64,000 bases of DNA from Bacillota bacterium (GTDB taxonomy: Bacteria > Bacillota > SHA-98 > UBA4971): the NCBI GenBank assembly GCA_012516125.1, contig JAAYXB010000058.1:479-64478 (forward strand). Reading direction: 5' to 3'. Of the stretch, positions 38,434-48,451 are shown in pieces (the stretch's first letter is position 1; each line of letters begins with the position of its first letter). A model generated the notes under the pieces. The model was not told where the DNA came from. It searched no databases and saw only the letters and a list, made by a program, of their open reading frames with translations. Made by a program: the position numbers and the translations under genes.

Positions 38434-39789
38434 TCACTTGCCCGTCACTGACACACCCTCGAGCTGGACGTAAGGCAGCCTCATGTCGCCGATGGTTACT
38501 ACTTCTCTTGATACGGCTACTATGTGTGCGAATAGTTCGTAGATGTTTCCCGCGATCATCACCTCTTTGACGGGCTTTACGATCTCGCCATTCTCGATGT
38601 AGTGGCCGCCCTTGACCACGCCGGAGAAGTCGCCGCTCACGGGGTCGAGGTTGCCCGAGAACCTGTTGACTATGAGGCCCTTCGGGATGTTCCGGACCAT
38701 CTCATCAAGGGAGGTTGCGCCGGGCGAAACGATGAGGTTCGTGGTGCCGATTCCGGGCGTCGTCTGGTCGTTTCCGATCGCACGCCCGTTAGACCGCACC
38801 CCGTCCTTGCGCGCAGTGTAGCAATTGTAAAGATAGTGGCCGAGCACCCCGCCCTTGATGATCTCAAGAGGCTCGGGCGGCACGCCCTCGCGGTCGAACG
38901 AAGTCGACCCTACGCCCGCGGGGATACGCGGATCATCGGTTACAGTGAGAAGCGCCGACGCCACACTCGCTCCGAGCTTCCCTTTCCAACGCGACCTTCC
39001 GTTCTGGACGTTCTCGGCGCTCGCCGAGAACGCGATGGGCTCGGCGATGAGGTCGCCGCCGGCATAAGGCGTGATTATCACGGTCCCTTTGAAGCTCGGG
39101 ATGGTCGTCGCTCCGAGGGCCTTCACCACTTTCTCGGCGAGACGCCGCCCGCTTGCCTCCGGATCTATGTCAGCGAGCGCGCACGACCCGGAGTACTCCA
39201 CGTCGAACGACGAAACATCGTCGCCTTCGCGGGCGAACCCCATGCCCACGCATGAGAAGTTGCTCCCCTTCTCCGACAGAAGCACGCCCCTCGAGTTCGC
39301 GACGGCGCGCTCACCGATCTGTACAACGAAGCTGGCGGAGTCAATGGTGACTCGACTGTCGTATCCCCTCGCCGCCTCCACGAACCTGCGCCCGAGCTCC
39401 AGCGCGTCATCGAGGGCAAGGCTCTCTGCCATCTCGTCGTAGATGCCAGGAACTGGCCTCGCCTCCGACGGCTCCGGAAGAACGTGGTTCGGGTCCTCCG
39501 GCGATGCCGCCGCTATGGCAAGCGCAGCTGCGATGGTGTCGCCCATCGCCTCATCCGTCAGCACGTTCGTTGCGGCAAATCCCTGTCTTGCTCTGCGGAT
39601 CACGCGTACACCGATCCCCTCGTAGGTGTCGCCCTTCGGCACCTGGAGGTCGTTCTTCTCGAACACCGCCTCGAGCTTGCGCGTCCTGAGGTAGTAAACC
39701 TCGGCTTCGTCCGCCCCTTTCGCCTTTGCGCGCCGCACCAGTTCATCGCAAAGTTCCAGGCCCTTCATGCCACGCCCTCCCTCACTCAT
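38434..39789 (-). CDS. pmbA: PmbA/TldE-family metalloprotease component
   Basis: TldD/PmbA family layout. Overlaps the tldD end by 8 nt. Confidence 0.8.
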   Translation of the reverse strand: MSEGGRGMKGLELCDELVRRAKAKGADEAEVYYLRTRKLEAVFEKNDLQVPKGDTYEGIGVRVIRRARQGFAATNVLTDEAMGDTIAAALAIAAASPEDPNHVLPEPSEARPVPGIYDEMAESLALDDALELGRRFVEAARGYDSRVTIDSASFVVQIGERAVANSRGVLLSEKGSNFSCVGMGFAREGDDVSSFDVEYSGSCALADIDPEASGRRLAEKVVKALGATTIPSFKGTVIITPYAGGDLIAEPIAFSASAENVQNGRSRWKGKLGASVASALLTVTDDPRIPAGVGSTSFDREGVPPEPLEIIKGGVLGHYLYNCYTARKDGVRSNGRAIGNDQTTPGIGTTNLIVSPGATSLDEMVRNIPKGLIVNRFSGNLDPVSGDFSGVVKGGHYIENGEIVKPVKEVMIAGNIYELFAHIVAVSREVVTIGDMRLPYVQLEGVSVTGK

Positions 39790-41158
39790 GGCGTCCGCCG
39801 ATGGTCACCCGGCACCGCACGTAAGGCCCGCCTGCATCTACCTTGGCAGGCTGCCACTTGCCGCAGTGACCCGCGCCCAGGTCGAGTTCGAAGTCGCCGG
39901 AGACCGCGTCCACGCTCTTCAGCACCTCGAACGCCTGGCCGGAGATGGTTATGCCCTTGACAAGCTCGCCGATCTTGCCATTCTTGATCCTGTACGCCTC
40001 CGCGATCCCGAACATGAACTCGGCGGTGGCGTCCGCCTGGCCTCCCTGACCCATTTCCTTGAGGAAGAAGCCGTCCTCGATACCCGCGATCATATCCTCA
40101 AGATTCGAATCGCCCGGAAGGATGAACGTGTTGGTCATCCGTATGATGGGCTCATCGCGATAAGTGAACGCCCGCGCGTTGCCACGAGGCACCGTGTCGA
40201 ACGCCGCTGCAGACTCGCGGCTGTGGAGGTAGCTCCGAAGCACCCCCTTGTCGATGATTACCGTCCGCTCGCCCAGCACACCCTCGTCATCCACGAGCAC
40301 CATGCCAGCCGCGCCCCGCATCGTGCCGTCATCCACCAGCGTCACGAGATCGGATGCGACCTTCTCGCCAATCTTGTCCTTTACCACAGACCCGCTCTGC
40401 ACGAAGTCAGCCTCCACCGTATGGCCTATCGCCTCGTGGGACAGGACCCCCACGAGCTGTGGGTCGAGGATCACGGTATACTGACCGCCCTTGGCGTAGC
40501 CTGCGTCGAGTTTCCTTACAGCGAGGTCGACGGCCTCGTCAACCATCTTCTCGAGGTCGCGCTTTCTCATGAGGTCATGCCAGCCGCCGGTGACCCCCCA
40601 TCCCTTACCGCCAGTCTCGCGCTCCTCTCCCCGCCCGACCGTGGCGAACACGTGGAAGCTGGGCTTGCGGTCCACAATGTGCGCCTCCGCACCGTCGGAG
40701 GTCACAATGTACTTCTCATCCGCATACTCGGTGTAGATCACAATGCTCCCCACCACAAGCGGTGACGAGGCGCGCATGCGCCTCTCCGCCCCCAAAACGA
40801 CCCCGATCTTCGTGGCGATATCTGGCTCGTCGTCGCAGGTCTGGTAGATGAACTCCCCCTTCCCAAGGCGAGCCGGGGCAAGCCTCGCTTTCTCACGCCG
40901 CAGGCGGGCACCTGCTCTGGCTGCATCGGAAGCCTCGGCGATGGCGTTCCGCAACCCCTCCCGGGTTACGTCGGTGGTCGACACAAAGCCCCACGACCCA
41001 TCCACGAGACACCGCACTCCCGCGCCTGCGAGCGTGCGCCGCTCCACGCGCTTCAGCGCGCCGTTGCGGGCGTCGATGGCCGTCTGGAGGCGCCGGTGAT
41101 ATCGAATCTCCGCATACCCTGGCGCCTCTCTCACAGCTGACTTCAGTAGGTCGAGCAT
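39782..41158 (-). CDS. tldD: TldD-family metalloprotease
   Basis: HEAIGHTVEADF HExxxH zinc motif and GxC-terminal beta-domain. Confidence 0.85.
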   Translation of the reverse strand: MLDLLKSAVREAPGYAEIRYHRRLQTAIDARNGALKRVERRTLAGAGVRCLVDGSWGFVSTTDVTREGLRNAIAEASDAARAGARLRREKARLAPARLGKGEFIYQTCDDEPDIATKIGVVLGAERRMRASSPLVVGSIVIYTEYADEKYIVTSDGAEAHIVDRKPSFHVFATVGRGEERETGGKGWGVTGGWHDLMRKRDLEKMVDEAVDLAVRKLDAGYAKGGQYTVILDPQLVGVLSHEAIGHTVEADFVQSGSVVKDKIGEKVASDLVTLVDDGTMRGAAGMVLVDDEGVLGERTVIIDKGVLRSYLHSRESAAAFDTVPRGNARAFTYRDEPIIRMTNTFILPGDSNLEDMIAGIEDGFFLKEMGQGGQADATAEFMFGIAEAYRIKNGKIGELVKGITISGQAFEVLKSVDAVSGDFELDLGAGHCGKWQPAKVDAGGPYVRCRVTIGGRHE

Positions 41159-41225
41159 TCCGTCACCCTCCCTCCTCGTTGATCGTGTATATGTTTCGCT
41201 CGTGGACCGAAACTCCTCCTTGCGG

Positions 41226-42191
41226 TCATGGCCTGCTGCGCGCAGCGTCCACCTGAAACGTCGTCCCGTCCGTGGTCACGACCACGTCGCCGTCCAGATC
41301 GGCACGGTACACCCTGTCCATGTAGTCAGCCAGGTTCAAAAGGGTTATCCGATGAGGATGACCGTAAGGGTTGCCCGCTCCCACCGGAATCACCGCAACG
41401 ACAGGTTTCACTGCTTTGAGGAACCATGGGCTCGACGAGGTCCTGCTCCCGTGATGGGCGACCTTCAGGACAGTCGCGTGAACGTCCGCTCCGCTCCGCA
41501 GTATCGCGTTCTCTGCCTCTGTCTCCGCGTCCCCCGTGAGGAGGAAGCCGACCTTGCCGTACTGCAGCCTGATGACGACGGAGCAGTCATTCATGTTTTC
41601 AGGAAGCGGCTCGGACGGGTGAAGGATCCTCACGTCGAGGCCGGGGCCAAGGTCTATGGTATCCCCCGCTCTTCCCAGGCGGAACCTGATGTTCTTTTGA
41701 TCGATAAGGGTAAGGAATCGTTCGTACGTGGCTGTCGTGTGGACCTTTCCCGAGTCCACCACGAGGCCCACCACGAAGGTGCGGAGCACCTCGATGAGCC
41801 CACCGATATGGTCCGCGTGAGGGTGCGTCGCCACCAGCACGTCGATCCTCGAGACCTTCTGCGCCTTCAGGTAGGCGATGAGCCGGTCGGACGCGTCCAC
41901 CGGGCCGCCGTCGACGAGCATCGTCTTCCCGGACGGAGCCTGAACGAGAATGGAGTCACCCTGGCCCACGTCGATGAAGTGGACCGCGAGATGCGCGCCC
42001 CCGCTCCCAGGGCTGGCGGCGTCTGCTCCCGTCAGCGGGAGCAACAGTACGAGCCCCACAAGGATCGCGGCGATCAAGACGCCCCTGGCTGTGCCCGCCC
42101 GTTTTGCCTGTCCGGGATGGATCGCGGGAGGCCGGTTGCGGCACGGCCGAACGCTCGTCAGGATGCCCTCGGTGAACGTGATGGCGCTCAT
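41226..42191 (-). CDS. MBL-fold metallo-hydrolase (ComEC-type lactamase-like domain) with an N-terminal signal/TM
   Basis: HFIDVGQGDS...VATHPHADHIGG (HxHxDH) ...VAHHGS motifs. Confidence 0.75.
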   Translation of the reverse strand: MSAITFTEGILTSVRPCRNRPPAIHPGQAKRAGTARGVLIAAILVGLVLLLPLTGADAASPGSGGAHLAVHFIDVGQGDSILVQAPSGKTMLVDGGPVDASDRLIAYLKAQKVSRIDVLVATHPHADHIGGLIEVLRTFVVGLVVDSGKVHTTATYERFLTLIDQKNIRFRLGRAGDTIDLGPGLDVRILHPSEPLPENMNDCSVVIRLQYGKVGFLLTGDAETEAENAILRSGADVHATVLKVAHHGSRTSSSPWFLKAVKPVVAVIPVGAGNPYGHPHRITLLNLADYMDRVYRADLDGDVVVTTDGTTFQVDAARSRP

Positions 42192-42295
42192 GTGCCAGCC
42201 TCTTCCCTCTGCGGTGTTGGCTCGCCGTTTTGCGCTAGCCCCGGGCTAATACTTCATCACCAGGACGCCGAACTCCTGCACAGATGCGAAGAACT

Positions 42296-42324
42296 TGCGG
42301 CCCGCCACACGTCGCAGCGGGCCG
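42296..42324 (-). terminator. possible terminator hairpin after the ABC-2/DUF4340 operon
   Basis: Perfect 9-bp stem GCGGCCCGC-cacacgtcgca-GCGGGCCGC. The minus-strand 3' flank is AAGUUCUUCG, a weak U tract. Confidence 0.3.
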
Positions 42325-42365
42325 CGGATTCCGTGGGCATGGCACAAGGAGCGTCACAGGTACAC

Positions 42366-43832
42366 CTAGAAGAACGCTCTGATCGCGGTTTCCAGCGCCT
42401 GCACCTTCTTCTCCTCGACAACGTATACGAGGCCTCTGCCGGTCGCGGCAGCGTAGTATCCCTCACCCCGATCGGCCCTTCCCCCTATCCTGAGTTCGAG
42501 GACCTTGCCGTCACCGAGGTCAAGCTCCACCCGCGCCCGCGGCCGGTCGAGGCCGTAGCGGGCATCGTCGGCCCCGGCCACCGCGCCCTGGACCACCATC
42601 GCAACGGTGACATCGCGCAGGGCCGACCAGAGCTTACTCATGTCCTCGGACGAATACCTCTTCTCGCCCGCCTTGAGCTGCCACTTCTCGCCCTCCTTGA
42701 CGACCTCGGGCGCCTGCGGCGCGGGCGTGCCGTGGGGCAGGAGTCCGGCTGCCGTCCCGCCACCCAGGTCAGGCGGCACGGTCTTCCATTCCTTGCTGTC
42801 TCTCAGGAAGACCACGGATTTCCCCTGGTCCACGCAGGTGACGCGTATCAGGTCGTCGTCGTTCCACGAGAGGAGCTCCTTCTTCACGAGGTCAAGCACC
42901 CCGGTTTCAAGAGGCGAGAATGCCGCCGGGTTGACCAGGTACACCGAGGGTGAATCGGAAGTGCGCACGTAGAAGCCCTTGCCGTCCGGGCCGGGAGCAC
43001 CCACGAAGAGTTCAAGCGGCGAGGTCCGCTCGGAGCTACGAGCGTCCACGCGCAGCCTCGGGCGGTCGAGCCCCCACCGCGCAAGGTCTTTGCCGTCGTC
43101 GTCAACGAACTCGCTAACGGTAAGACCGGTAAGGTCCCACACGAGGTCGCTCACCTTCCATCTGTCGGCCTCGTCGTTGAAGGGGTGGACGATGCGCCAC
43201 TCGCCTTCCGCCCCGTCCTTCTTCTCCAGCCTGATATCCAGTCCTCCAGGCGCCACAAGGCGGAGGGCGGTCACAGAATCGCTCGAAACCCCGAAGATCT
43301 CCCGCTCGCGGAGATCGTCGAGGCTCTTGGCAAGGGCCGACACGGTGCCCGACGCGAGGGTGTAGACCGGGTCGGAGTCAGCCAGCTTCGCGTAGCGCGC
43401 GCTTCCGACAGGCGTCTCCGCCCCCACGAGGATGGTCTTTTTCCCCTGCTTTGTATCAAGGGTGACCTTGAGCCACGGGGATTCGAGCCCGAAGGCTTCG
43501 AGACCACCGGCACCAGCGCTCTCCGCCACCTTCTTCTCGCACTTTAGCTTCGAAGCAGCGTCGACGAGAGCCTTGACCGCAGCCTCGCTCGCCGCGACGG
43601 GCCTGGGAAACGTGATCCCCCACTTGCCCTCGCCGTCGCCGGTACTCCTTGCGATCTCCACCCGGCCCGACGCCTGTTCTATGGCTACGTGCGTAACGTC
43701 ATCAGCCGGCACATTGATAAGGACCTTGCCCGCGTCTTGGTCCGGGGGCCTCACACCTTCTATGAAAAGGATGTACGCCCCAAGGACCACCAGCACCGCA
43801 AGGGCGACGAAAGTGCTCGCGAACTTCTTCAT
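42366..43832 (-). CDS. DUF4340-type lipoprotein/secreted protein (accessory to a GldG-type ABC system)
   Basis: 488 aa with an N-terminal signal/TM and a repetitive beta-rich body. Sits last in a GldA/GldF/GldG-like operon, with a 4-nt overlap to the upstream gene. Confidence 0.65.
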   Translation of the reverse strand: MKKFASTFVALAVLVVLGAYILFIEGVRPPDQDAGKVLINVPADDVTHVAIEQASGRVEIARSTGDGEGKWGITFPRPVAASEAAVKALVDAASKLKCEKKVAESAGAGGLEAFGLESPWLKVTLDTKQGKKTILVGAETPVGSARYAKLADSDPVYTLASGTVSALAKSLDDLREREIFGVSSDSVTALRLVAPGGLDIRLEKKDGAEGEWRIVHPFNDEADRWKVSDLVWDLTGLTVSEFVDDDGKDLARWGLDRPRLRVDARSSERTSPLELFVGAPGPDGKGFYVRTSDSPSVYLVNPAAFSPLETGVLDLVKKELLSWNDDDLIRVTCVDQGKSVVFLRDSKEWKTVPPDLGGGTAAGLLPHGTPAPQAPEVVKEGEKWQLKAGEKRYSSEDMSKLWSALRDVTVAMVVQGAVAGADDARYGLDRPRARVELDLGDGKVLELRIGGRADRGEGYYAAATGRGLVYVVEEKKVQALETAIRAFF

Positions 43833-45364
43833 AGGTTACGCCTCCTCAGCCAGATACCGCCTCCCACCAGCACAAACAACAGCGGCAGCCCGACAACCGT
43901 GGAGTAGAACACGAGGCTCGCCTGCTGGCCCGTGAGGTACACCTGGCTGAAGCTCGGGGACTTGGCCCGAATGGTGATGGATTCCTCCTTGCCCACGAGC
44001 CAGCCCACGGAGTTCATGAAGAAGTCGATGTTCCCCTGGAACGTCACCACGTCGTTGTCAAGGAAGCTCGCGTTGCCCACCACGAGCATCCTCGCCCTCG
44101 ACCCTGCGCTGCCTGCGCCCGTCGCCCCGGCTTTTTCCTTCGCACCGTCGCCCGCCGAGCCTGCCTGCGTCTTCGTGGCCTCTTTAGCCTCGACCTTCGG
44201 CTCAAGGGCGCGCTCGACGGCGTACGCCAGCACAAGGGGCCCTTTGATGTCAGCCTTCGCGTCGAACGAAACCCGCTTCGCCGTAAGGTCCGTCTCGCCC
44301 CACGACTCACCGGAGGTTTCGAGGAGCGCCGTCAGAGTAACTCCTGAGTCTCTCGTGTCCTTTACCTCATACAGACTCCGGCTCCTGGGCAGCACGCACC
44401 CGAGTTTCTCGGTGACGAGTTTCATGGTGATGTCGTGGTACCGCACCCCGGGAATCGGGCTCCCTGCGTCGAGAAAGTAATGGCTCGCAGGGTCGATGAC
44501 CACATCATCGTGCATGCCCACGCCCCACCTGGCAACCATGGCCTTAAGGTTCGAAAGCTGCCCTTTCTGCCGCAGCGGCTCGGCGAGCAGCATGACGCTG
44601 CCGCCACGGTTGACATAATCCTGGACCGCCTCGACCTCTTTCGGCGCAAGGTCTTTTTGAGGGCCCGCTATCACCAAGAGCGCCGCATCCTGGGGCACCT
44701 TGCCTTCGGTTGCCAGGTTGACGGTTTTCGTGGTGTACCCCTCGCCCTCGAGGAACGACCTGGCCTGCCAGTAGTCCTGCACGAGGTCGCGCTCATCGTG
44801 ACCCACGAGGAAGTAGACGGACTTCTTCTCCTCCTGAAGCACGCCGATTATAGCGCGAGTGAACGCTTGTTCTCCCGCGAACCCCGGCATCTGGGACTCG
44901 CCGCTGTACTCTACAAGGTCGTACTGCATCACCTTGCGGGACTCCGACCCCGACTCAACCACGGACGTGCCATACGCAGTGATCTCGTACTGTTTCGCAA
45001 GCGACGGGTTCTTGTCCGGATCGACGAACGACACGGATATCTTGGGGGACAGCCGCGTGTACTCCTTGAGAAGGTCCTTCACCATCTCGCCCATGGCATC
45101 CCCCTCAGGGAAGAAGGCCGTTATCTTGATGTCCCGGTCGATCTTGCGAAGGACCTGGCGCGTCTCCTCCGAGAGGGTGTACATCTTGTTTTGCGTAAGG
45201 TCCAGCTTAGCTGGGTGACGCGCCACGATGAAGTTCACCATGAGAACTATCGCAACTACGGCGCATGTCAGCACCAGAGCATTGGACCCATAGCGCATCC
45301 TGCGGCTCAGCATGAACCTGCGCGCCGGGCACGCGCGAGGAATCGCAAGTCTCATGCGCTCCAC
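43829..45364 (-). CDS. GldG-like ABC-transporter auxiliary component (periplasmic, two TM anchors)
   Basis: 511 aa with an N-terminal TM and a C-terminal TM (VFYSTVVGLPLLFVLVGGGIWL). Typical position after the ABC-2 permease. Confidence 0.7.
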   Translation of the reverse strand: MERMRLAIPRACPARRFMLSRRMRYGSNALVLTCAVVAIVLMVNFIVARHPAKLDLTQNKMYTLSEETRQVLRKIDRDIKITAFFPEGDAMGEMVKDLLKEYTRLSPKISVSFVDPDKNPSLAKQYEITAYGTSVVESGSESRKVMQYDLVEYSGESQMPGFAGEQAFTRAIIGVLQEEKKSVYFLVGHDERDLVQDYWQARSFLEGEGYTTKTVNLATEGKVPQDAALLVIAGPQKDLAPKEVEAVQDYVNRGGSVMLLAEPLRQKGQLSNLKAMVARWGVGMHDDVVIDPASHYFLDAGSPIPGVRYHDITMKLVTEKLGCVLPRSRSLYEVKDTRDSGVTLTALLETSGESWGETDLTAKRVSFDAKADIKGPLVLAYAVERALEPKVEAKEATKTQAGSAGDGAKEKAGATGAGSAGSRARMLVVGNASFLDNDVVTFQGNIDFFMNSVGWLVGKEESITIRAKSPSFSQVYLTGQQASLVFYSTVVGLPLLFVLVGGGIWLRRRNL

Positions 45365-46065
45365 CTCCTGGAGTCGATGGTCCTTACGGCAAGGAACAGG
45401 AAGACGAACACGAAGCTGAGATAGTACAAGGTGTGCGAAAGGTCTATGATTCCCTTCTGGAAATCGTCGAAGTGCTTCAGAATGGATAGCATCGATATCG
45501 CTTGCCCGACGGGTCCTGTGACAGCCGCGCTGACCCAGCCCAGAATCCAGAAGAGAAGAAGGATGCCGAACCCCACGATCCCGGCGACCATTTGATTCTC
45601 AGTAAGCGCAGATGCGAAAGTCCCTGCCGCGAGGCAGGCTGCGCCGAACAGGAACATGCCGAGGTAGCCGGAGTAGATGGGGCCCATGTCAGGGCTGCCA
45701 TAGTGTCCGAGGATGGCCGGGTAGATGAGGGTGACCGCCAGGAACACGAGGTAGGTGAAGACGCTCGCAAGGTACTTCCCCACCACGATCGAGGTGATCG
45801 TCACGGGGGAAGTCAGGAGAAGCTCGTCCGTGCCGAGCTTCCTCTCCTCGGCAAGGAGTCGCATGGTGAGCACCGGGGCCACGAAGATGAACGTGACCGC
45901 CATGTTTCCGAATGTCCCCTGCATGCTCGCAGTCCTGGTCGCGAACAGGAGGATGGAGAAGAAGTACCCGGAGAGCACGAGGAACACCGCTCCCATAACA
46001 TAAGCGATGGGCGAGAGGAAGTACGCCGCGACTTCACGCTTGAAGATCGACCACGTCTTAAGCAC
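45352..46065 (-). CDS. ABC-2 family permease (GldF-like)
   Basis: 237 aa with 6 predicted TM helices. Overlaps both neighbouring genes. Confidence 0.75.
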   Translation of the reverse strand: MLKTWSIFKREVAAYFLSPIAYVMGAVFLVLSGYFFSILLFATRTASMQGTFGNMAVTFIFVAPVLTMRLLAEERKLGTDELLLTSPVTITSIVVGKYLASVFTYLVFLAVTLIYPAILGHYGSPDMGPIYSGYLGMFLFGAACLAAGTFASALTENQMVAGIVGFGILLLFWILGWVSAAVTGPVGQAISMLSILKHFDDFQKGIIDLSHTLYYLSFVFVFLFLAVRTIDSRRWSA

Positions 46066-47059
46066 CTACCGCCACCTCCGATGCGTCTTCCAGCTTCTCC
46101 TCGGTGGTGAGCCTGAGGAATACGTCCTCGAGGCTGAGGTCGACGAACCTCATCTCCAGGATGGGCCATCCGCGCTCGGCCATCTTGAAGAAGAGGGCCT
46201 CACGCACATCCGCCGAAAGCTCCGTCTCGACTGACAGAAGCACCTCGCCGTCCGTCCCGCGCGATGTGTCAGCGCTCCTTCCTGCCTCGGCCCCCTCGAC
46301 CGAAACCGACCTCACGCCGGCAAGCGCGCCCACCTCCGCCACGACCCTGTCCCTCGGGCCGCGCACGCGCACAGCAAGGCATCGCGAGCCGCGCAGCCTG
46401 CGCCCCAGGCCCTCCGGCGTGTCCATGGCGACGAGGCGGCCGCTATTGATGATCACAACCCTGCCGCACACCATGCTCACCTCGGGCAGGATGTGCGAGC
46501 TAAGTATTATCGTGTGCCTGCCGCCGAGGCTGCGGATGAGTTCCCGGATCTCGATGATCTGCCTCGGGTCAAGCCCAACTGTGGGCTCGTCCAGTATGAG
46601 GACGTCCGGATCTCCGAGGAGCGCCTGGGCAAGCCCCACCCTCTGCTTGAACCCGCGCGAGATGTTCTGGATGAGACGTCCGTAGACCGGGCCCAGGCCG
46701 CACGCCTCCACGACCCTGGCGATGTGCCCGGCACGCCGGGACTTCGGAATACCCTTGATCTCGCACACGAAGTGCAGGTAGCCCCTGACCGTCATCTCAC
46801 GGTAGAGGGGCGGGTTCTCAGGGAGATACCCGATCCTCCGTCTCGTTTCCATGGGGTCCTCGAACACGTCGTACCCCGCGACCCTGACGGTGCCCGAGGT
46901 CGCCGCCAGGTATCCTGTTATGATCCGCATCGTCGTGGTCTTCCCGGCGCCGTTCGGCCCGAGAAATCCGAGGATCTCGCCTTGCTCCACAGAGAAGGTG
47001 AGGTCCTCTATGCCTCTTGCCCTGCCGTACATCTTAGTGAGATTCTCCACCTCGATCAC
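46058..47059 (-). CDS. ABC transporter ATP-binding protein (GldA-like) with a C-terminal extension
   Basis: Walker A GPNGAGKTTTM, signature ISRGFKQRVGLAQAL, Walker B ILDEPTVGLD. Confidence 0.85.
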   Translation of the reverse strand: MIEVENLTKMYGRARGIEDLTFSVEQGEILGFLGPNGAGKTTTMRIITGYLAATSGTVRVAGYDVFEDPMETRRRIGYLPENPPLYREMTVRGYLHFVCEIKGIPKSRRAGHIARVVEACGLGPVYGRLIQNISRGFKQRVGLAQALLGDPDVLILDEPTVGLDPRQIIEIRELIRSLGGRHTIILSSHILPEVSMVCGRVVIINSGRLVAMDTPEGLGRRLRGSRCLAVRVRGPRDRVVAEVGALAGVRSVSVEGAEAGRSADTSRGTDGEVLLSVETELSADVREALFFKMAERGWPILEMRFVDLSLEDVFLRLTTEEKLEDASEVAVGA

Positions 47060-47103
47060 GGCAACGCGTTCCCCCTTTCCGCCTGGAGTTGTATGTCTAT
47101 GGT

Positions 47104-47231
47104 GCTAAGTGAGGGTGTGTTAGTTCTCGTGCCTTTTCCAGTGGTTGCCGGGTTGCGGGTGTTGCGCTCTCTCTTTGAGTCACCAGCAGCCCCTCCGAGA
47201 AATCGGGAACATTTCTGCACCGTCACTTAGC
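47104..47231. repeat. intergenic repeat element, copy D (short form) bounded by 14-bp terminal inverted repeats
   Basis: Left end gctaagtgagggtg (47104-47117). Right end caccgtcacttagc (47218-47231), a 13/14 reverse-complement match. Internal ggtgttgcgctctc 5' box and CCGA-GAAA-UCGG hairpin. Confidence 0.7.
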
Positions 47232-47500
47232 CCAAGCCGACCGCTTGGGTACCCTTCGCCCGCCGCCGATTCATGGTCGCGCCAGTCGGCATCAGGAGCG
47301 GCATCGGGAGCGGGAGCGCGAGCGGCCTCGGGACGCTCTGCAACAATCCACCAATCACGACCCCGGATGAGCCGGCGAAAAGCCCGTCACAGGCGATGGC
47401 ACGGCGTGCGTCTACGTCCGGGACGGGCGGTCGGAAGGAGACCACTCATTTAGAACGGTCGCGCGCGGGCGAGAGTTCCAGCCGCTGCGACCTCACCCCC

Positions 47501-47580
47501 GGTATCGCACCCCCTCTTTGAGCCACTGGCAATTCCTCCCACAAGTCGGGAACATCTCTGGACCCTCACCATAGATGGCC
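47501..47580. repeat. intergenic repeat element, copy E (short form, degenerate 3' end)
   Basis: ggtatcgcaccccctctttgagccactggcaattcctcccacaagtcgggaacatctctggaccctcaccatag. Collinear with copy D. Confidence 0.6.
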
Positions 47581-47656
47581 AAGCTCAAACGTAAACCATC
47601 TGCTGGCCGCATGTCGCGTGGTCGGCCGCCGGGCTGTAATATGACGGCCCTACCCC

Positions 47657-48445
47657 TCAATTCTGGACCTGGCCACCTATAAGCTCGAAGGCGATGAGGG
47701 CGGCCCCGTACGCCCCGGCAAACTGAGCTGCCTCCGGAACGGTCACCGGGACGAACAGCTTCTCCTCGAGCGACCTCTTGACGCCCTCGTTCCGGCTCAC
47801 CCCGCCTGTCATCACAAGCCCTCCGCCAAGGCCCACTCGATGCACCATCCCTGAGAGTCTATCCGCCACCGCATCGCACAGGCCCCTGATTATGGGCTCG
47901 GGGCACACGCCATGCGAGAGCAGGCTTATGACCTCCGACTCCGCAAACACCGTGCACGTACTGGAGATCCGCGCAGCCTCCTTCGCCTTTCGCCACCTTA
48001 TGCCAAACTCCTCCAGCGGAACGTTGAGCCTCGCGGCCATCACCTCGAGAAACCTCCCGGTGCCCGCCGCGCACTTGTCGTTCATCACGAAGTCCGCGAC
48101 CATGCCGTCATCGTCCAGCCGGATGACTTTCGAGTCCTGGCCTCCGACGTCCACCACCACCCGCGCCGACGGGACGAGGGCCCGCGCGCCGCGGGCGTGG
48201 CACGTGATCTCGGTCACCGTCCTCGCGGCATCGGTCACCCTGTCCCTGCCATACCCGGTCGCCACAAGGGCCGCAAGCCTGTCAGGGTCCACACCAGCCG
48301 CGCGGCAAACCATACGAAGGCACTCGTCAGCCGCGGCGGCAAGGTCCACCCCCGTGGGCATCGCGTGCGTCCCCGCAAGCTTCCCGTCATTCAGGAGGAC
48401 AGCCTTCGTGGTTGTTGACCCCACGTCTATTCCCGCCACCAACAT
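47657..48445 (-). CDS. 2-hydroxyacyl-CoA dehydratase/benzoyl-CoA reductase-type activase (BadF/BadG/BcrA/BcrD ATPase, HgdC-like)
   Basis: AGIDVGSTTTKAVL N-terminal ATPase motif. Paired Cys (C...C) for the bridging [4Fe-4S] cluster. GGGLVMTGGVSRN. Confidence 0.85.
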   Translation of the reverse strand: MLVAGIDVGSTTTKAVLLNDGKLAGTHAMPTGVDLAAAADECLRMVCRAAGVDPDRLAALVATGYGRDRVTDAARTVTEITCHARGARALVPSARVVVDVGGQDSKVIRLDDDGMVADFVMNDKCAAGTGRFLEVMAARLNVPLEEFGIRWRKAKEAARISSTCTVFAESEVISLLSHGVCPEPIIRGLCDAVADRLSGMVHRVGLGGGLVMTGGVSRNEGVKRSLEEKLFVPVTVPEAAQFAGAYGAALIAFELIGGQVQN

Positions 48446-48451
48446 CCTGTA

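Noticed and set aside
41202-42953. 583-aa plus-strand ORF, antisense to the MBL hydrolase and DUF4340 genes
   Set aside because: Arg/Pro/Gly-rich, low-complexity translation, typical of a high-GC antisense frame. It has no recognisable motifs and the opposite strand carries well-supported genes.
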